DNA of 64,000 nt. It comes from Spirochaetia bacterium (GTDB lineage Bacteria > Spirochaetota > Spirochaetia > DSM-16054 > Sediminispirochaetaceae). Shown here in pieces: positions 1 through 10,092 of this stretch (within the stretch, counting starts at the first letter, position 1; every line of letters begins with the position of its first letter). Below the pieces are notes generated by a model. The model did no database searches. It saw only the letters and a list, made by a program, of their open reading frames with translations, and was not told the DNA's origin. The stretch is taken from NCBI GenBank assembly GCA_021736475.1, contig JAIPFV010000003.1:4724-68723 (forward strand). Direction: 5' to 3'. The translations under genes and the position numbers were made by a program.

Positions 1-47
1 ACGAACGCGCGCTTGAGCTCTCCCCGCCGGCAGAAGCGCAGCGGATT

Positions 48-1232
48 ATGTGGTATATCTTTGACTGTACCTTCCGGGCTAACACTTCGGAGGCGGTATC
101 CCTGCTGCCGGATGCAGCGGTGCAGTGGCAGGACCCTTCTTATTATTCTGATGTGCTGTACAATCTGATCGATCGCCTGGTCAGCCGTCGCCAGTGGACA
201 CAGATTGCAGTAGTTGCCGATGAACTCTCGCAGGCTGTTCCCGGTGTTGCTTCTGCGCGGGCTGCATATATCTCGGCCCGGGCTGCGGAAGCGGGGTATC
301 TTTCCGCCCACCGTCAGCAGATTATCCAGTGGCTGTATACAGCGGTAAATAACTCGTGGGGTACTGGTGCCGGCCTTTATTACCGTCTGATGGCGGCGGC
401 CGCCCTGGAACGCTACGATATTTCTATCGATGTAATGCAGCCCTCCGATTTCTGCCGGCTGCTGCCGGATCAGGAACCGAAGAGCAGCGGTGTCACCCGC
501 TCCTGGGGCCCGGCGGAGGACGCCCTCATAAGCGGCTATGTCAAGTTTGGGCTGGATGATGAGGCTTACCGCCGCTACGGTACAGACCGTGAATATGTGG
601 CGGGGCTGCAACTTTCCACGGTCAGGGAATGGACGGCAACTCTACAGGCTCGCGGAATGTACCTTGAGTCGCTGCGGATGTTCGGGCGCTATTGCCGGGA
701 TACCCGGGCCAGGATAAGCCGCGAGGATGTTCGACTGCTGTACCCGGCGGCCTACGATTATTTTATTGAGCCACTAACCGCCGAGTATGAACTGCCCCCG
801 CATATCTTCTATGCTCTGGTACGAGAGGAGAGCCACTTTAAAGCGGATATAAACTCTTCCGCCGGCGCGGTAGGGCTGAGCCAGCTGATGCCCTCCACCG
901 CAGAGGATGTGGCCGGGAGGATCGGGGTTTCCATACATACCCTGACCGACCCGCAGTTGAACCTGCAACTGGGAACCTGGTACTTGGCACACCTGGTTGG
1001 CCGTACAGAGAATCTGAGCCAAGCCCTGTTTGCATATAACGGGGGCATTACACGGGTCAGGCGCTGGGTTCGGGATGCAGACGGGGTTCCTGAGGATCTG
1101 CTCCTCGAACTAATTCCCTTTCAGGAAACCTCACATTACGGGCGCAAGGTGCTTGTATCGTCGGTGCTTTACGGGTATTTTTATCAGGATATTGAACCTA
1201 CAAGGCTTATCAAAGAATATTTCGGCCAGTAG
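48..1232 (+). CDS. Lytic murein transglycosylase (SLT domain); true start may lie upstream of the window
   Basis: 394-aa ORF; C-terminal SLT catalytic region 'VREESHFKADINSSAGAVGLSQLMPSTA ... AYNGG'. Confidence 0.8.
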   Translation: MWYIFDCTFRANTSEAVSLLPDAAVQWQDPSYYSDVLYNLIDRLVSRRQWTQIAVVADELSQAVPGVASARAAYISARAAEAGYLSAHRQQIIQWLYTAVNNSWGTGAGLYYRLMAAAALERYDISIDVMQPSDFCRLLPDQEPKSSGVTRSWGPAEDALISGYVKFGLDDEAYRRYGTDREYVAGLQLSTVREWTATLQARGMYLESLRMFGRYCRDTRARISREDVRLLYPAAYDYFIEPLTAEYELPPHIFYALVREESHFKADINSSAGAVGLSQLMPSTAEDVAGRIGVSIHTLTDPQLNLQLGTWYLAHLVGRTENLSQALFAYNGGITRVRRWVRDADGVPEDLLLELIPFQETSHYGRKVLVSSVLYGYFYQDIEPTRLIKEYFGQ

Positions 1233-1261
1233 AAAAAAATAAAGACAAGTTAGGAGTATCT

Positions 1262-2056
1262 ATGACCTTCGTACAATCAATTCTTTTAGGCGCAATGCAG
1301 GGGGTCACCGAATTTTTGCCGGTATCAAGCTCCGGACATTTAGTGGTGTTCCGCCGTTTTATGGCTTTGGAAGATGTCCCAATGCTCTTCGATGTTATTA
1401 TGCACGTGGCAACCCTGTTTGTAGTGTTGATTGTGTTTCGCGACCGGGTAGGGCGTCTTCTTCTGTCCCTGGGGCGAACTTTGATATTCCGCCGCAGCGA
1501 GGAGGATATGGAGAACCTGCGCTTGTTTGGGGTAATAATGATAGCCACCGTGCTGACCGGAGTGTTGGGGCTTGGAATTGAGACCCTGGACCCCGGTGCA
1601 AATATAAAACTGGTGTCGGTCCTGTTCATCGTGACCGGCCTAATTCTGGTGTGGACCCGTTTTCAACAGGGAACGGTGAGCTACGGAACCATCGGAGTAA
1701 AACAGGGTATTTATACCGGTATAGCCCAGGGATTAGGTGTTTTCCCGGGGATATCCCGGGCGGGAATCACTATTTCTGCGGCCCTGATGTCGGGAATGAA
1801 CCGCGAAAAAGCCGGTGAATACTCTTTCCTCATTTCTATCCCGGCAATTCTCGGAGCACTGCTGCTGAAACTCAAGGAGGCAGACGCTCTGTTTGTCTCG
1901 GTTGCCCCGGTAACGGTGGCTGTCGGGTTCTGCAGTGCCTTTATAGTAGGACTGTTAAGTTTACTGCTGCTGCTGAAAATAGTGCACCGGGGAAAACTTT
2001 ACCTGTTCAGTTTCTATCTGATTCCCCTCGGAATTATCGGTCTGGTTATTTTCTGA
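1262..2056 (+). CDS. uppP: Undecaprenyl-diphosphate phosphatase (BacA/UppP)
   Basis: 'GVTEFLPVSSSGHL' N-terminal motif and 'PGISRAGITI' motif; polytopic membrane protein of typical length (264 aa). Confidence 0.93.
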   Translation: MTFVQSILLGAMQGVTEFLPVSSSGHLVVFRRFMALEDVPMLFDVIMHVATLFVVLIVFRDRVGRLLLSLGRTLIFRRSEEDMENLRLFGVIMIATVLTGVLGLGIETLDPGANIKLVSVLFIVTGLILVWTRFQQGTVSYGTIGVKQGIYTGIAQGLGVFPGISRAGITISAALMSGMNREKAGEYSFLISIPAILGALLLKLKEADALFVSVAPVTVAVGFCSAFIVGLLSLLLLLKIVHRGKLYLFSFYLIPLGIIGLVIF

Positions 2057-2069
2057 CGTTCTTGAAAAA

Positions 2070-4592
2070 TTGGTCGATAATAGAAAAGAGGAGGTACGTG
2101 TGCAGCGGCGTGTGATTAAAAGCAGTGCAGCGGTTTTAAGTATCGCTGGCGGATTATATGTGTTTCTATCCCTTATATTCTATTCACTTGGTTTTACTAC
2201 TCTTCCGGATGTAGTTGCCCGGCCGGGACAGTTTTTGGGGCGGAGCTATAGCCTTTTAGCCTATTATGTGCCCCTCTACCTGTGTGCCCTGGGTTTTATG
2301 GTTTTACTGTCCCGATTTATGAAGAAGACCTTGTTTGTTATGACGGCGGCCGTGGTGCCGCTGCTTACCTTTGCGCTGGTCATCCAGCTGACCCTGGGAA
2401 ATTACGGTCCCGCCGCTGGAGTGCTGGCCGCCGCCTTTGGTCCGAAAATAGCAGCCACTCTGATGCTGCTGTTAGGGGCTGCAGAGGTTGTAGCTGTGTA
2501 TATTTTAACGATGCACATATTCGAGGGCGTGCGACTGTTTGCTGCCGAACCAAAACTCCTGAGTGCTCCTGAGGCAGGGTCGGAAAACGAAGAGGAAAAA
2601 GAACCTAAACCGGAAGCTAAACTTGAACCTAAACTTGAACCAGAGCCGGAAAGCAGCGAGCCTATAGAGGAGCTCTATTCAGAGGCTGTGGACGAGGTAG
2701 AAGAGATAGAACCGCAGGAGTGGGAACCCTTTGAAGAACCGAAGGGCGGTATCTCCTTTCCCCATATCCCTGCAGCGCCGAAGTTGAAAATAAACGAAGA
2801 GTACATCCAACCATATTCGGAAGAGCCGATAGAAATCGATTTTGATAAGTTCCGCAATGACCAGGAAGATCACGAAGAAGATTTTGAAGAAGATTTTGAA
2901 GAAGATCTAGAAGATGACCTGGGGTATTACGCTGAGCTGAATGATGCCGAGCTTGATCCGGAACCGGACTTAGAGACAGACTTAGAGACAGAACTGGAAG
3001 ACTCGCCCCCTACGCCATCTTCGCCATCTAATACTGCGACCGGGGATGTGCAGGTGTACGAGGTGGTTAAGGCCGAGCCGGTCTCCCACACCGGGCCGCC
3101 GCCTCCCAAGGGGGCACAACTTCAGCTGCGGGAGGCCAAGCCGGTCAAACGCTTTACCTACAAGAATTACTCGGTACCTGAAGAGGAACTGCTGAAGGAG
3201 TATCCCGACCGTCACTACTGGGTTATCGATGAGGAGACCCGCGAGTGGGCGGAGGTGCTAAAGCACACCCTGGAGGAGTTTAAAATTTCCGCCGAGGTGA
3301 CCGGCATTCAGAAGGGGCCGGTTATTACCATGTTCGAGATTCTTCCGGCACCGGGGGTGAAACTGTCAAAGATAGTAAACCTGGCCGACAACATCGCCTT
3401 GCGTCTGGCTGCCAGCCGGGTGCGTATTGTAGCCCCTATTCCGGGGAAACATGCAGTGGGTATTGAAGTGCCGAACAAAAAGCGGGCCTTGGTATCCTTT
3501 AAAGAGATGCTGCAGAGTGATGATCTGAAGGAGTCGGATAAAAAGATTCCCATCATACTGGGAAAGGATATTACCGGCGAAACTCAGATTGTTGATCTGG
3601 CCCAAACCCCCCATCTGCTTATTGCCGGAGCAACGGGCTCCGGTAAATCGGTCTCGGTAAACTCCATTATCTGCTCGGTGCTGTACACCCGCAGCCCCGA
3701 CGAGGTGCGGATGGTGCTGATCGATCCGAAAATCGTCGAGCTCAAGCTGTACAATGATATTCCTCACCTGCTTACCCCGGTTATCACCGAGGCCAAGCGC
3801 GCCTTCCAGGCCCTGCAATACCTGCTGTACGAAATGGAGCGGCGATATGCGCTGCTCGATGCGCTGGGGGTACGGGATATCGGCTCTTACAACCGCAAGA
3901 TCAAGCGCAAACGACTGGCCACCCAGCCTCTGCCCTACATCATGGTTATTGTGGATGAGTTTGCCGACCTTATGGCTACCAGCGGCAAAGAGCTGGAGTC
4001 GACCCTGGCACGGCTGGCTGCCATGAGCCGGGCGGTAGGCATCCATCTGGTACTGGCCACCCAGCGCCCCTCGATCGATGTGATTACCGGGCTGATCAAG
4101 GCCAATATTCCCTCGCGCATCGCCTTTATGGTGGCCAACAAGTTCGACTCCCGGATTATCATTGACTCGGTGGGGGCGGACAAACTGCTGGGGCAGGGGG
4201 ATATGCTGTTTACATCGGCCTGGAACCCGCACCCCACCCGTATACAGGGAGCATATCTGTCGGAGGAAGAGGTGGAGCATGTAGCTGACTATGTGCGTAC
4301 CCTCGGTGAGCCGGATTATATCGACGAGGATATCTTTTTCGAGGACGACGAAGAGGAGTGGGACGGAGGAGATACTACTGCGGCCAATGACCCTCTCATG
4401 AACAAAGCCCTGGAGGTAGTTGCCAGTGCCGGAAAAGCCTCCGCCAGCTATCTGCAGCGCCGTCTGAAAATCGGCTACAACCGCGCCGCCCGTCTGGTAG
4501 AGGAGATGGAGCATCGCGGCATTGTGGGGCCGCAAAACGGCAGCAAGGCCCGGGAAGTGCTGCACATGCCCGACGAGCACCGTCCCGAGTAA
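2070..4592 (+). CDS. ftsK: DNA translocase FtsK/SpoIIIE
   Basis: N-terminal TM segments, long acidic low-complexity linker, motor domain with Walker A 'AGATGSGKSVSVN', 'VVIVDEFADLM', 'ATQRPS', C-terminal gamma winged-helix 'ASASYLQRRLKIGYNRAARLVEEME'; TTG start in ORF track. Confidence 0.93.
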   Translation: MVDNRKEEVRVQRRVIKSSAAVLSIAGGLYVFLSLIFYSLGFTTLPDVVARPGQFLGRSYSLLAYYVPLYLCALGFMVLLSRFMKKTLFVMTAAVVPLLTFALVIQLTLGNYGPAAGVLAAAFGPKIAATLMLLLGAAEVVAVYILTMHIFEGVRLFAAEPKLLSAPEAGSENEEEKEPKPEAKLEPKLEPEPESSEPIEELYSEAVDEVEEIEPQEWEPFEEPKGGISFPHIPAAPKLKINEEYIQPYSEEPIEIDFDKFRNDQEDHEEDFEEDFEEDLEDDLGYYAELNDAELDPEPDLETDLETELEDSPPTPSSPSNTATGDVQVYEVVKAEPVSHTGPPPPKGAQLQLREAKPVKRFTYKNYSVPEEELLKEYPDRHYWVIDEETREWAEVLKHTLEEFKISAEVTGIQKGPVITMFEILPAPGVKLSKIVNLADNIALRLAASRVRIVAPIPGKHAVGIEVPNKKRALVSFKEMLQSDDLKESDKKIPIILGKDITGETQIVDLAQTPHLLIAGATGSGKSVSVNSIICSVLYTRSPDEVRMVLIDPKIVELKLYNDIPHLLTPVITEAKRAFQALQYLLYEMERRYALLDALGVRDIGSYNRKIKRKRLATQPLPYIMVIVDEFADLMATSGKELESTLARLAAMSRAVGIHLVLATQRPSIDVITGLIKANIPSRIAFMVANKFDSRIIIDSVGADKLLGQGDMLFTSAWNPHPTRIQGAYLSEEEVEHVADYVRTLGEPDYIDEDIFFEDDEEEWDGGDTTAANDPLMNKALEVVASAGKASASYLQRRLKIGYNRAARLVEEMEHRGIVGPQNGSKAREVLHMPDEHRPE

Positions 4593-4596
4593 GGTT

Positions 4597-5088
4597 ATGA
4601 AAAGTAAAGAAGTGAAAAGTGAAGCCCAGGGCCCCTCGGAACGTCCCGATAAACGTCCGTATAAAAAAAATACCGTTGCCATCTTGCTGCTGCTCTCGTA
4701 TCTCTGTCTGACCGCCGGACAGGTCAGTGCTAAACTGGCCGGTATGGTACTTAGTTCTAAGCAGGTTATCTCCGGAATTCCTTCGCCCCAGCTGGCCCTG
4801 GCCTTTGCCTTCGGAACCTATTTCTTTTTTCTCCTGCGCGGGCTGTTGTGGGTCTTTCTGCTGCGGAAGCTCAAGCTTGTGCTTGCCTATCCACTGATGA
4901 GCATCGGTTATATTCTAGTGCTGGCAGTCTCCTTTCTCTTTTTCAAAGAGCCTTTGACAGTCGGCAAGATGGCCGGCGCCCTGCTGTTGATGACCGGGGT
5001 CAGTTTAGTGTCTTACGGCGAAGTGCAACAAAAAAAAGCAGATGAAAAAAGCAACGAAAAGGGAAGTGAAAAGGGCAGCCTATTATGA
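4597..5088 (+). CDS. Small DMT/SMR-like 4-TM protein, ArnE/ArnF-type flippase subunit candidate
   Basis: ATG at 4597 just after the ftsK stop (ORF-track start 4522 overlaps ftsK); hydrophobic EamA-like half-size protein; paired with the next gene by a 4-nt overlap. Confidence 0.6.
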   Translation: MKSKEVKSEAQGPSERPDKRPYKKNTVAILLLLSYLCLTAGQVSAKLAGMVLSSKQVISGIPSPQLALAFAFGTYFFFLLRGLLWVFLLRKLKLVLAYPLMSIGYILVLAVSFLFFKEPLTVGKMAGALLLMTGVSLVSYGEVQQKKADEKSNEKGSEKGSLL

Positions 5089-5432
5089 ATCCCTATATTG
5101 CGTTACTTCTGATGGTGCTGCTCAATACCCTCGGGCAGCTGCTGGTTAAGCGGGGGGCGGTCCGCATCGAAAGTCGCCTCGGCAGGGTACAGCTTATCCG
5201 TTCCATGATCAATTGGCCCCTGGCCCTCGGTGGACTTTCGGTAATTGCCGGTCCCTTGCTGTATATGTACGCCCTCACAAAGGTCGAGCTGAGTGTCGGC
5301 TACAGTTTTTCCGGCCTCACGTATCTGATGGTAATCCTGGGCGGACACATCCTGCTGAAAGAACGTATTACCCTGTATCATGTAATCGGCACTTTGAGCA
5401 TCCTTGCGGGGCTTACAGTCTGGAATCTGTGA
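5085..5432 (+). CDS. Small DMT/SMR-like 4-TM protein, ArnE/ArnF-type flippase subunit candidate
   Basis: 115 aa, 'LNTLGQLLVKRG' N-terminus and 4 predicted TM helices; ATGA overlap with the preceding paralogous-type gene. Confidence 0.6.
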   Translation: MNPYIALLLMVLLNTLGQLLVKRGAVRIESRLGRVQLIRSMINWPLALGGLSVIAGPLLYMYALTKVELSVGYSFSGLTYLMVILGGHILLKERITLYHVIGTLSILAGLTVWNL

Positions 5433-5479
5433 ATTACCTTGATGCGTAAATCTGTAATCTAGTGTAGAGTATTGAAATT

Positions 5480-6859
5480 ATGAACCAACTATCTACTCGC
5501 AAAAAAATCGGCTACGGCATTGGAGATCTCGGGGGGAACCTCTTCTTTACGATAATGGGGTTTTATCTTCTGTTCTATTTTACCGACGTAGCGGGAATCG
5601 CTGCAGGGTTGGCCGGCACGGCTATTATGATCGGGAAGATCTGGGACGCAGTTACCGATCCCACGGTAGGCTATCTCTCGGACCGCAGCAAGTCCCGCTG
5701 GGGCCGGCGTCGACCCTTTATGTTCGCGGGGGCGATAATCCTGTTCTTCGGAATGGGCATTCTATTCATACCCTATGGCGTAACCAGCCAAATCGCCCTG
5801 TTTGTTCTGGCCACCCTGACCTACTGTCTGGTGAATACCGCTTATACGCTGGTAAATATTCCCTACGGAGCTCTTACCCCCGAACTCACCGACGACTATT
5901 ACGAGCGCACCGTACTCAACGGCTTTCGCATGAGTTTTGCCGTGGTGGGAACCTTTGTGGGGGTTTCAATAGTTCTGCCCCTGGTAGACCTCTTTGGCGG
6001 CACGCGGCTTGCATGGACCGGTATGGGCTTGGTTACCGGTGGTATCATGGCCGCCGCCACGCTTACGGTTGTGTTCTCGGTGCGGGAGAACCCTAAACCC
6101 CGGATCCATTCCCAGGAAAACATCTTCAAAAGCTATTTTCAGGTGCTCAGCATGAAGACCTTTCTCACCGCCCTCATTCCCTGGGCGCTCCATATGGCGG
6201 GGGTCAACGTACTGCAGACCTCGCTGCTGTATTACTTTCGCTACATCTACCAAAACGAGGCAGCCTTTCAGATCGCCCTGCCCATTCTGCTGGGAGCGGC
6301 GGTGTTGGCCATACCTGTATGGGTTCGCATCTCAAAACAGATCGGCAAAAAACTCAGTTATAACATCGGCATGCTTATATTCGCTGCGGGGGTCATCCTG
6401 TTCTTCTTTATCGGCCACCGCACGGGAGTTCAGGTCAGCTATGTTATCATGTTCTTCGCCGGACTGGGCTTTGCAACCCATTATGTTATGCCCTGGGCGA
6501 TCGTACCCGACGTGGTCGAATACGATTACGCCGAACGGGGCGTACGGCGGGAGGGGGTCTTTTACGGAATGTGGACCTTCTCCAGTAAAATCGGCCAGGC
6601 TGTGGGCATAGGACTCAGCGGCTGGATGCTGAGCATCTTCGGGTATCAGGAGAGTGTCGCGGGAGTGCAGGCGGCCACCCAGTCGGAAACTGCAATGCTG
6701 GGCATCCGTCTTCTCACCGGCCCCATCCCGGCGGCCTTCTTTATCGCCGGGGTAATCGTGCTGAGCTTTTTTCCCATTACCAACAAGAAGTATCAGGAAA
6801 TTATGAAAAGGGTAGAGCAGATGGAAAAGAAAGCGGAGATACGTGAATACCCAGATTGA
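5480..6859 (+). CDS. Glycoside-pentoside-hexuronide (GPH):cation symporter family MFS transporter
   Basis: 'KIGYGIGDLGGNLFFTIMGFYLLFYFTDV' and 'DAVTDPTVGYLSDR..SRWGRRRPF' are GPH/MelB-family signatures; 12-TM-like profile. Confidence 0.8.
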   Translation: MNQLSTRKKIGYGIGDLGGNLFFTIMGFYLLFYFTDVAGIAAGLAGTAIMIGKIWDAVTDPTVGYLSDRSKSRWGRRRPFMFAGAIILFFGMGILFIPYGVTSQIALFVLATLTYCLVNTAYTLVNIPYGALTPELTDDYYERTVLNGFRMSFAVVGTFVGVSIVLPLVDLFGGTRLAWTGMGLVTGGIMAAATLTVVFSVRENPKPRIHSQENIFKSYFQVLSMKTFLTALIPWALHMAGVNVLQTSLLYYFRYIYQNEAAFQIALPILLGAAVLAIPVWVRISKQIGKKLSYNIGMLIFAAGVILFFFIGHRTGVQVSYVIMFFAGLGFATHYVMPWAIVPDVVEYDYAERGVRREGVFYGMWTFSSKIGQAVGIGLSGWMLSIFGYQESVAGVQAATQSETAMLGIRLLTGPIPAAFFIAGVIVLSFFPITNKKYQEIMKRVEQMEKKAEIREYPD

Positions 6860-7715
6860 TCTTTCAGTTGTAATACCTACCTACCGCAGTGCCGCCCATA
6901 TCCAACCCCTTCTCCTTCGGCTGCTTCCTATTTTGGGGGGAATCCAGGCAGCCTCAGAGGTGATCTTTGTTGATGACGGTTCGGAGCCGGAAAGCCTTTC
7001 CCTTCTGCGCCACAGCATCAGCGCTGCCTCAGGGGCGGATGCACTCTTTTCAGAGGCGGAGTCAGAGACGGGGGCACCGCATCCGCCGGTACTGCGGGCG
7101 GTACTGCTGCAGCCTAACGCCGGGCAGCAGCAGGCTACCCTCTGCGGTATCTGCCACGCCACAGGCCGGACAGTGGTGACTATGGACGACGACCTGCAGC
7201 ACCGCCCCGAAGACATCCCCCGCCTCCTCGAAGCCCTGAGGGCCGGCCCGGCGCTCGTGTACGGGGTACCGGCAAAAGGCCCTGCCCGCCCGCTGCGTCG
7301 GGCCGGTTCGCGGGCCAGGGACCTTATCTTCCGTATAGCCTTCGGCAGGCGGGCGGCAGGAGTCCGTCCCACCAGCTTCCGGGCTTTTCACCGTGAGCTG
7401 ATCGAGGGTCTGTGTCGCGACCCGCGGGGTTTTCTGTACCTCTCGGCGGAGTTCTTCCGGGCCGGTGCCGAGCCCCTCCATCTGTCGGTAGACTACGCCC
7501 CCTCTCCGGCTCATCCCGCCCGTTATCCTTTGCCGAAACTACTGCGGGTGTTTGCCGGACTGACCTTGTACATACCAGTGTTTCCCCGCTTTTTGCGCCT
7601 GCTCTTTGGCGGGGCAAAGTGGAAAGTGGCCGAACGCATCAACTTCGACGGACCTTCGGGGAGTACCGCGGGCAAGGGCAGGAGCCAGAGTGGCCGGAGC
7701 AGGGTGGGGGGCTGA
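6843..7715 (+). CDS. Family-2 glycosyltransferase, ArnC/polyprenyl-phosphate sugar transferase-like
   Basis: 'LSVVIPTYRS', 'FVDDGSEPES', 'PNAGQQQATLCG', 'MDDDLQHRPEDIPRLL' match the ArnC/DPM1-type GT2 pattern; GTG start. Confidence 0.8.
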   Translation: MNTQIDLSVVIPTYRSAAHIQPLLLRLLPILGGIQAASEVIFVDDGSEPESLSLLRHSISAASGADALFSEAESETGAPHPPVLRAVLLQPNAGQQQATLCGICHATGRTVVTMDDDLQHRPEDIPRLLEALRAGPALVYGVPAKGPARPLRRAGSRARDLIFRIAFGRRAAGVRPTSFRAFHRELIEGLCRDPRGFLYLSAEFFRAGAEPLHLSVDYAPSPAHPARYPLPKLLRVFAGLTLYIPVFPRFLRLLFGGAKWKVAERINFDGPSGSTAGKGRSQSGRSRVGG

Positions 7716-8986
7716 TGAAACTGCTCATAGTAGGCGGCGGCCAGGGGCAGCTGCGGGCCATCCGGCGGGCTCAGCAGGCGGGCATCCGGACGGTGGTCTC
7801 GGACATGAACCCCGATGCCCCCGGCGCGGCCATTGCCGATGCCTTTGCCCGGGCGGACACCTTCGACCCCGAGGCCACCGCCGCTGCAGCCCGCTGCCAC
7901 GGGGTCGACGGCATTGCTACATTGGGCACCGATCAGCCGGTGCTTACAGTTACCCGGGCCGCAGAGCAGCTGGGCCTGCCCCGCTGCCTGAGTGTAGAGC
8001 AGGCTCTGGCACTTACCAACAAGCGGTATATGAAGCGCTGGTTCGATGAATGCGGCATTCCCCACAGCCCCTACCGTATAGTGGGCCCCGGGTTTCAGCC
8101 GGGGGAGCTGGAGGGGCTGCGGCCGCCGCTGGTGCTCAAGCCGGTGGACAGCCAGGGCCAGCGCGGGGTGGTGCGTATAGAGTCGGCCGCCCAGGTGGCC
8201 AACTACCTGCCAGAGACCCTCAGCTATTCCCGGGAGGGTTTTGCGGTAGTGGAGGAGTTCTATCCCGGCCAGGAGATCACCTTCAGCGGCTGGGTTCGGG
8301 AGGGACGCATGTTCCCCCTGGCCATCACCGACCGCCTTACCAAGCCCTTTTATCCGCACATCGGCGTTTGCATTGCCCACACATATCCCAGCCGAAGTTT
8401 CGCCAAGCACGGCAGGGAGATTGTGGATATAAGCCGCCGAATTGTGGAGGGCTTCGGTATTCGGCAGGGTCCGCTCTATTTTCAGATGCTAATCGGCCCG
8501 GAGGGGCCGCGGGTAAACGAGGTGGCCGCCCGCATTGGCGGGGCCTACGAGGATGAGTTTATCCCGGCCCTGACCGGAGTGGATATCGACCTGCTGAACT
8601 TCGGCGAGGCCCTGGGCAGTCCGGGTCGACCGGGCGGTATCGATGCCGAAGCGAGCGCTGCCCTGGAGGCCTTTCGCTGCCCCGCCGCCGGGGCGCTGGC
8701 GGTGCTGCTGTTTTTTACCGAGCCCATGGAAGTGGCCGGCGTGGGCTCCGAGGCGGCCCTGCGGGAGATCCCGGGGGTGCTCTCCGCCCGCTACCTGCTG
8801 CAGCCGGGCCGCAGGGTAGGGCCAATGCACAACTCGACGGGCCGGGCCGGGTACGTTATTATAAAAGGCAGCGGCCCAGCTGCGGTCAACCGCAGCATCG
8901 ACAGAGTGTACCGAAGCTTGGTGTTGCGGGACCCCTCCGGCAAAAACCGGGTACTGAACTTTGCCCGGGAGAGCCGCGTAGAATAA
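7715..8986 (+). CDS. ATP-grasp domain protein (substrate unknown)
   Basis: ATG at 7715 overlaps the GT2 stop (ATGA); 'MKLLIVGGGQGQL' Rossmann-like pre-ATP-grasp, 'PLVLKPVDSQGQRGV', 'VEEFYPGQEITFSG', 'NEVAARIGG'. The ORF-track extension 7412-7714 overlaps the GT2 gene and was discarded. Confidence 0.75.
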   Translation: MKLLIVGGGQGQLRAIRRAQQAGIRTVVSDMNPDAPGAAIADAFARADTFDPEATAAAARCHGVDGIATLGTDQPVLTVTRAAEQLGLPRCLSVEQALALTNKRYMKRWFDECGIPHSPYRIVGPGFQPGELEGLRPPLVLKPVDSQGQRGVVRIESAAQVANYLPETLSYSREGFAVVEEFYPGQEITFSGWVREGRMFPLAITDRLTKPFYPHIGVCIAHTYPSRSFAKHGREIVDISRRIVEGFGIRQGPLYFQMLIGPEGPRVNEVAARIGGAYEDEFIPALTGVDIDLLNFGEALGSPGRPGGIDAEASAALEAFRCPAAGALAVLLFFTEPMEVAGVGSEAALREIPGVLSARYLLQPGRRVGPMHNSTGRAGYVIIKGSGPAAVNRSIDRVYRSLVLRDPSGKNRVLNFARESRVE

Positions 8987-9006
8987 ACCTCTGGGAGCAG
9001 AAAAGT

Positions 9007-10092
9007 ATGCGATTAAAAGATATCACAATTTTACTAGCGGTGCTGGTGCTGGCCGGGAGCTGTGGCGGCTCCGAGCCGGCTTCCGAATCCGACCACCAAG
9101 CTTCGAAAGAGCATCCATCCCCCCAAAAAAATCAAAAGACCCTGGTGGTGGCTGAACAGTACGGTTTGGCCTATGCTCCCCTGCAGATAATGCGGGCCCA
9201 GGGTTTGCTGGAGGCGGAGCTGCCGGAGTATGAGGTGGAGTGGCGCCGCCTGGGCAATACGGCGGCGATTCGCGAGGCGATGCTGGCCGGGAGACTGGAT
9301 GCGGGTTTTATGGGGATTCCCCCCTTTCTGATCGGCTACGACCGGGGAATGGAGTGGCGGATTTTTACAGGGCTGTCGGAAGCACCCCTGGGGCTGGTTA
9401 GCGGGGAAGAGGGGCTGCGTAGTCTGGCCGATTTCGAGCCGGATGACCGGATTGCCCTGCCCCAGCCGGGTAGTATTCAACACATTCTGCTGTCCATGGC
9501 TTGTGAGCGGGAGTTGGGCCAGGCCCGGGCGCTGGACGACCGGCTGGTGACCATGAACCACCCCGACGGGATGAACGCCCTGCTCAGCGGCAGGGGAGTC
9601 AGCGCCCATTTTACCAGTCCCCCCTACCTGATGGAGGAGCTGGCGGCGAAGGGGACCCATTTGGTGGTCTCCGGCCGTGAGGCGATGGGCGGCGATTTTA
9701 CCTTTATCGTCGGTGTGGCTACCAACAGTTTGCTGCAGGAGTCGCCCGAGGCGATCGGGGCGCTGCGGCGGGCCCTGGCCCAGGCGGTTTACCTGCTGGA
9801 AAACGAGCGGGAGCAGGTGCTGGAGCTGCTAAGCAGCGAGTACGGGCTGGAACAGGAGACCCTCTCCGGCTACCTTGACTGGGAGGGTATGAAGTACTCC
9901 CAGCAGGTGGCGGGGGTAGAACGTTTTATCGAGTTTATGCGGGCTCAGGACTACCTGGAGAGCTCTTTTAGCGTGGGCCAGGTGCTGGCCGGCTGCGTGC
10001 AGCCCCAGGAGCTGCAGGCTAATGAGCTGCCGGAGTCCAAAGAGCTGCCGGAGCTGCAGGTAAGCGGGCAGGGCGGCACGGATGACGATTAA
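9007..10092 (+). CDS. ABC transporter substrate-binding lipoprotein, NMT1/SsuA/TauA-like
   Basis: Lipobox 'LAGSCGG'; followed by matching permease and ATPase genes. Confidence 0.75.
   Translation: MRLKDITILLAVLVLAGSCGGSEPASESDHQASKEHPSPQKNQKTLVVAEQYGLAYAPLQIMRAQGLLEAELPEYEVEWRRLGNTAAIREAMLAGRLDAGFMGIPPFLIGYDRGMEWRIFTGLSEAPLGLVSGEEGLRSLADFEPDDRIALPQPGSIQHILLSMACERELGQARALDDRLVTMNHPDGMNALLSGRGVSAHFTSPPYLMEELAAKGTHLVVSGREAMGGDFTFIVGVATNSLLQESPEAIGALRRALAQAVYLLENEREQVLELLSSEYGLEQETLSGYLDWEGMKYSQQVAGVERFIEFMRAQDYLESSFSVGQVLAGCVQPQELQANELPESKELPELQVSGQGGTDDD

Noticed and set aside
2570-3010. Short tandem-like nucleotide repeats (EPKLEPKLEPEPE, EDFEEDFEEDLEDDL, DLETDLETELE coding)
   Set aside because: They lie inside the FtsK linker, which is typically a low-complexity acidic/proline spacer. 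They are neither an independent repeat element nor a CRISPR array.
3366-4682. 438-aa ORF antisense to ftsK
   Set aside because: It lies entirely within the well-supported ftsK frame and has no recognisable motifs. It is Arg/Gly/Pro-rich, as expected for the mirror frame of a GC-rich gene.
7412-7714. N-terminal 101-codon extension of the ATP-grasp ORF, and the antisense ORF 7523-8410
   Set aside because: The extension overlaps the 3' end of the GT2 gene in another frame and is Arg/Pro/Ser-rich. The ATGA-coupled start at 7715 ('MKLLIVGGG') is the natural start.
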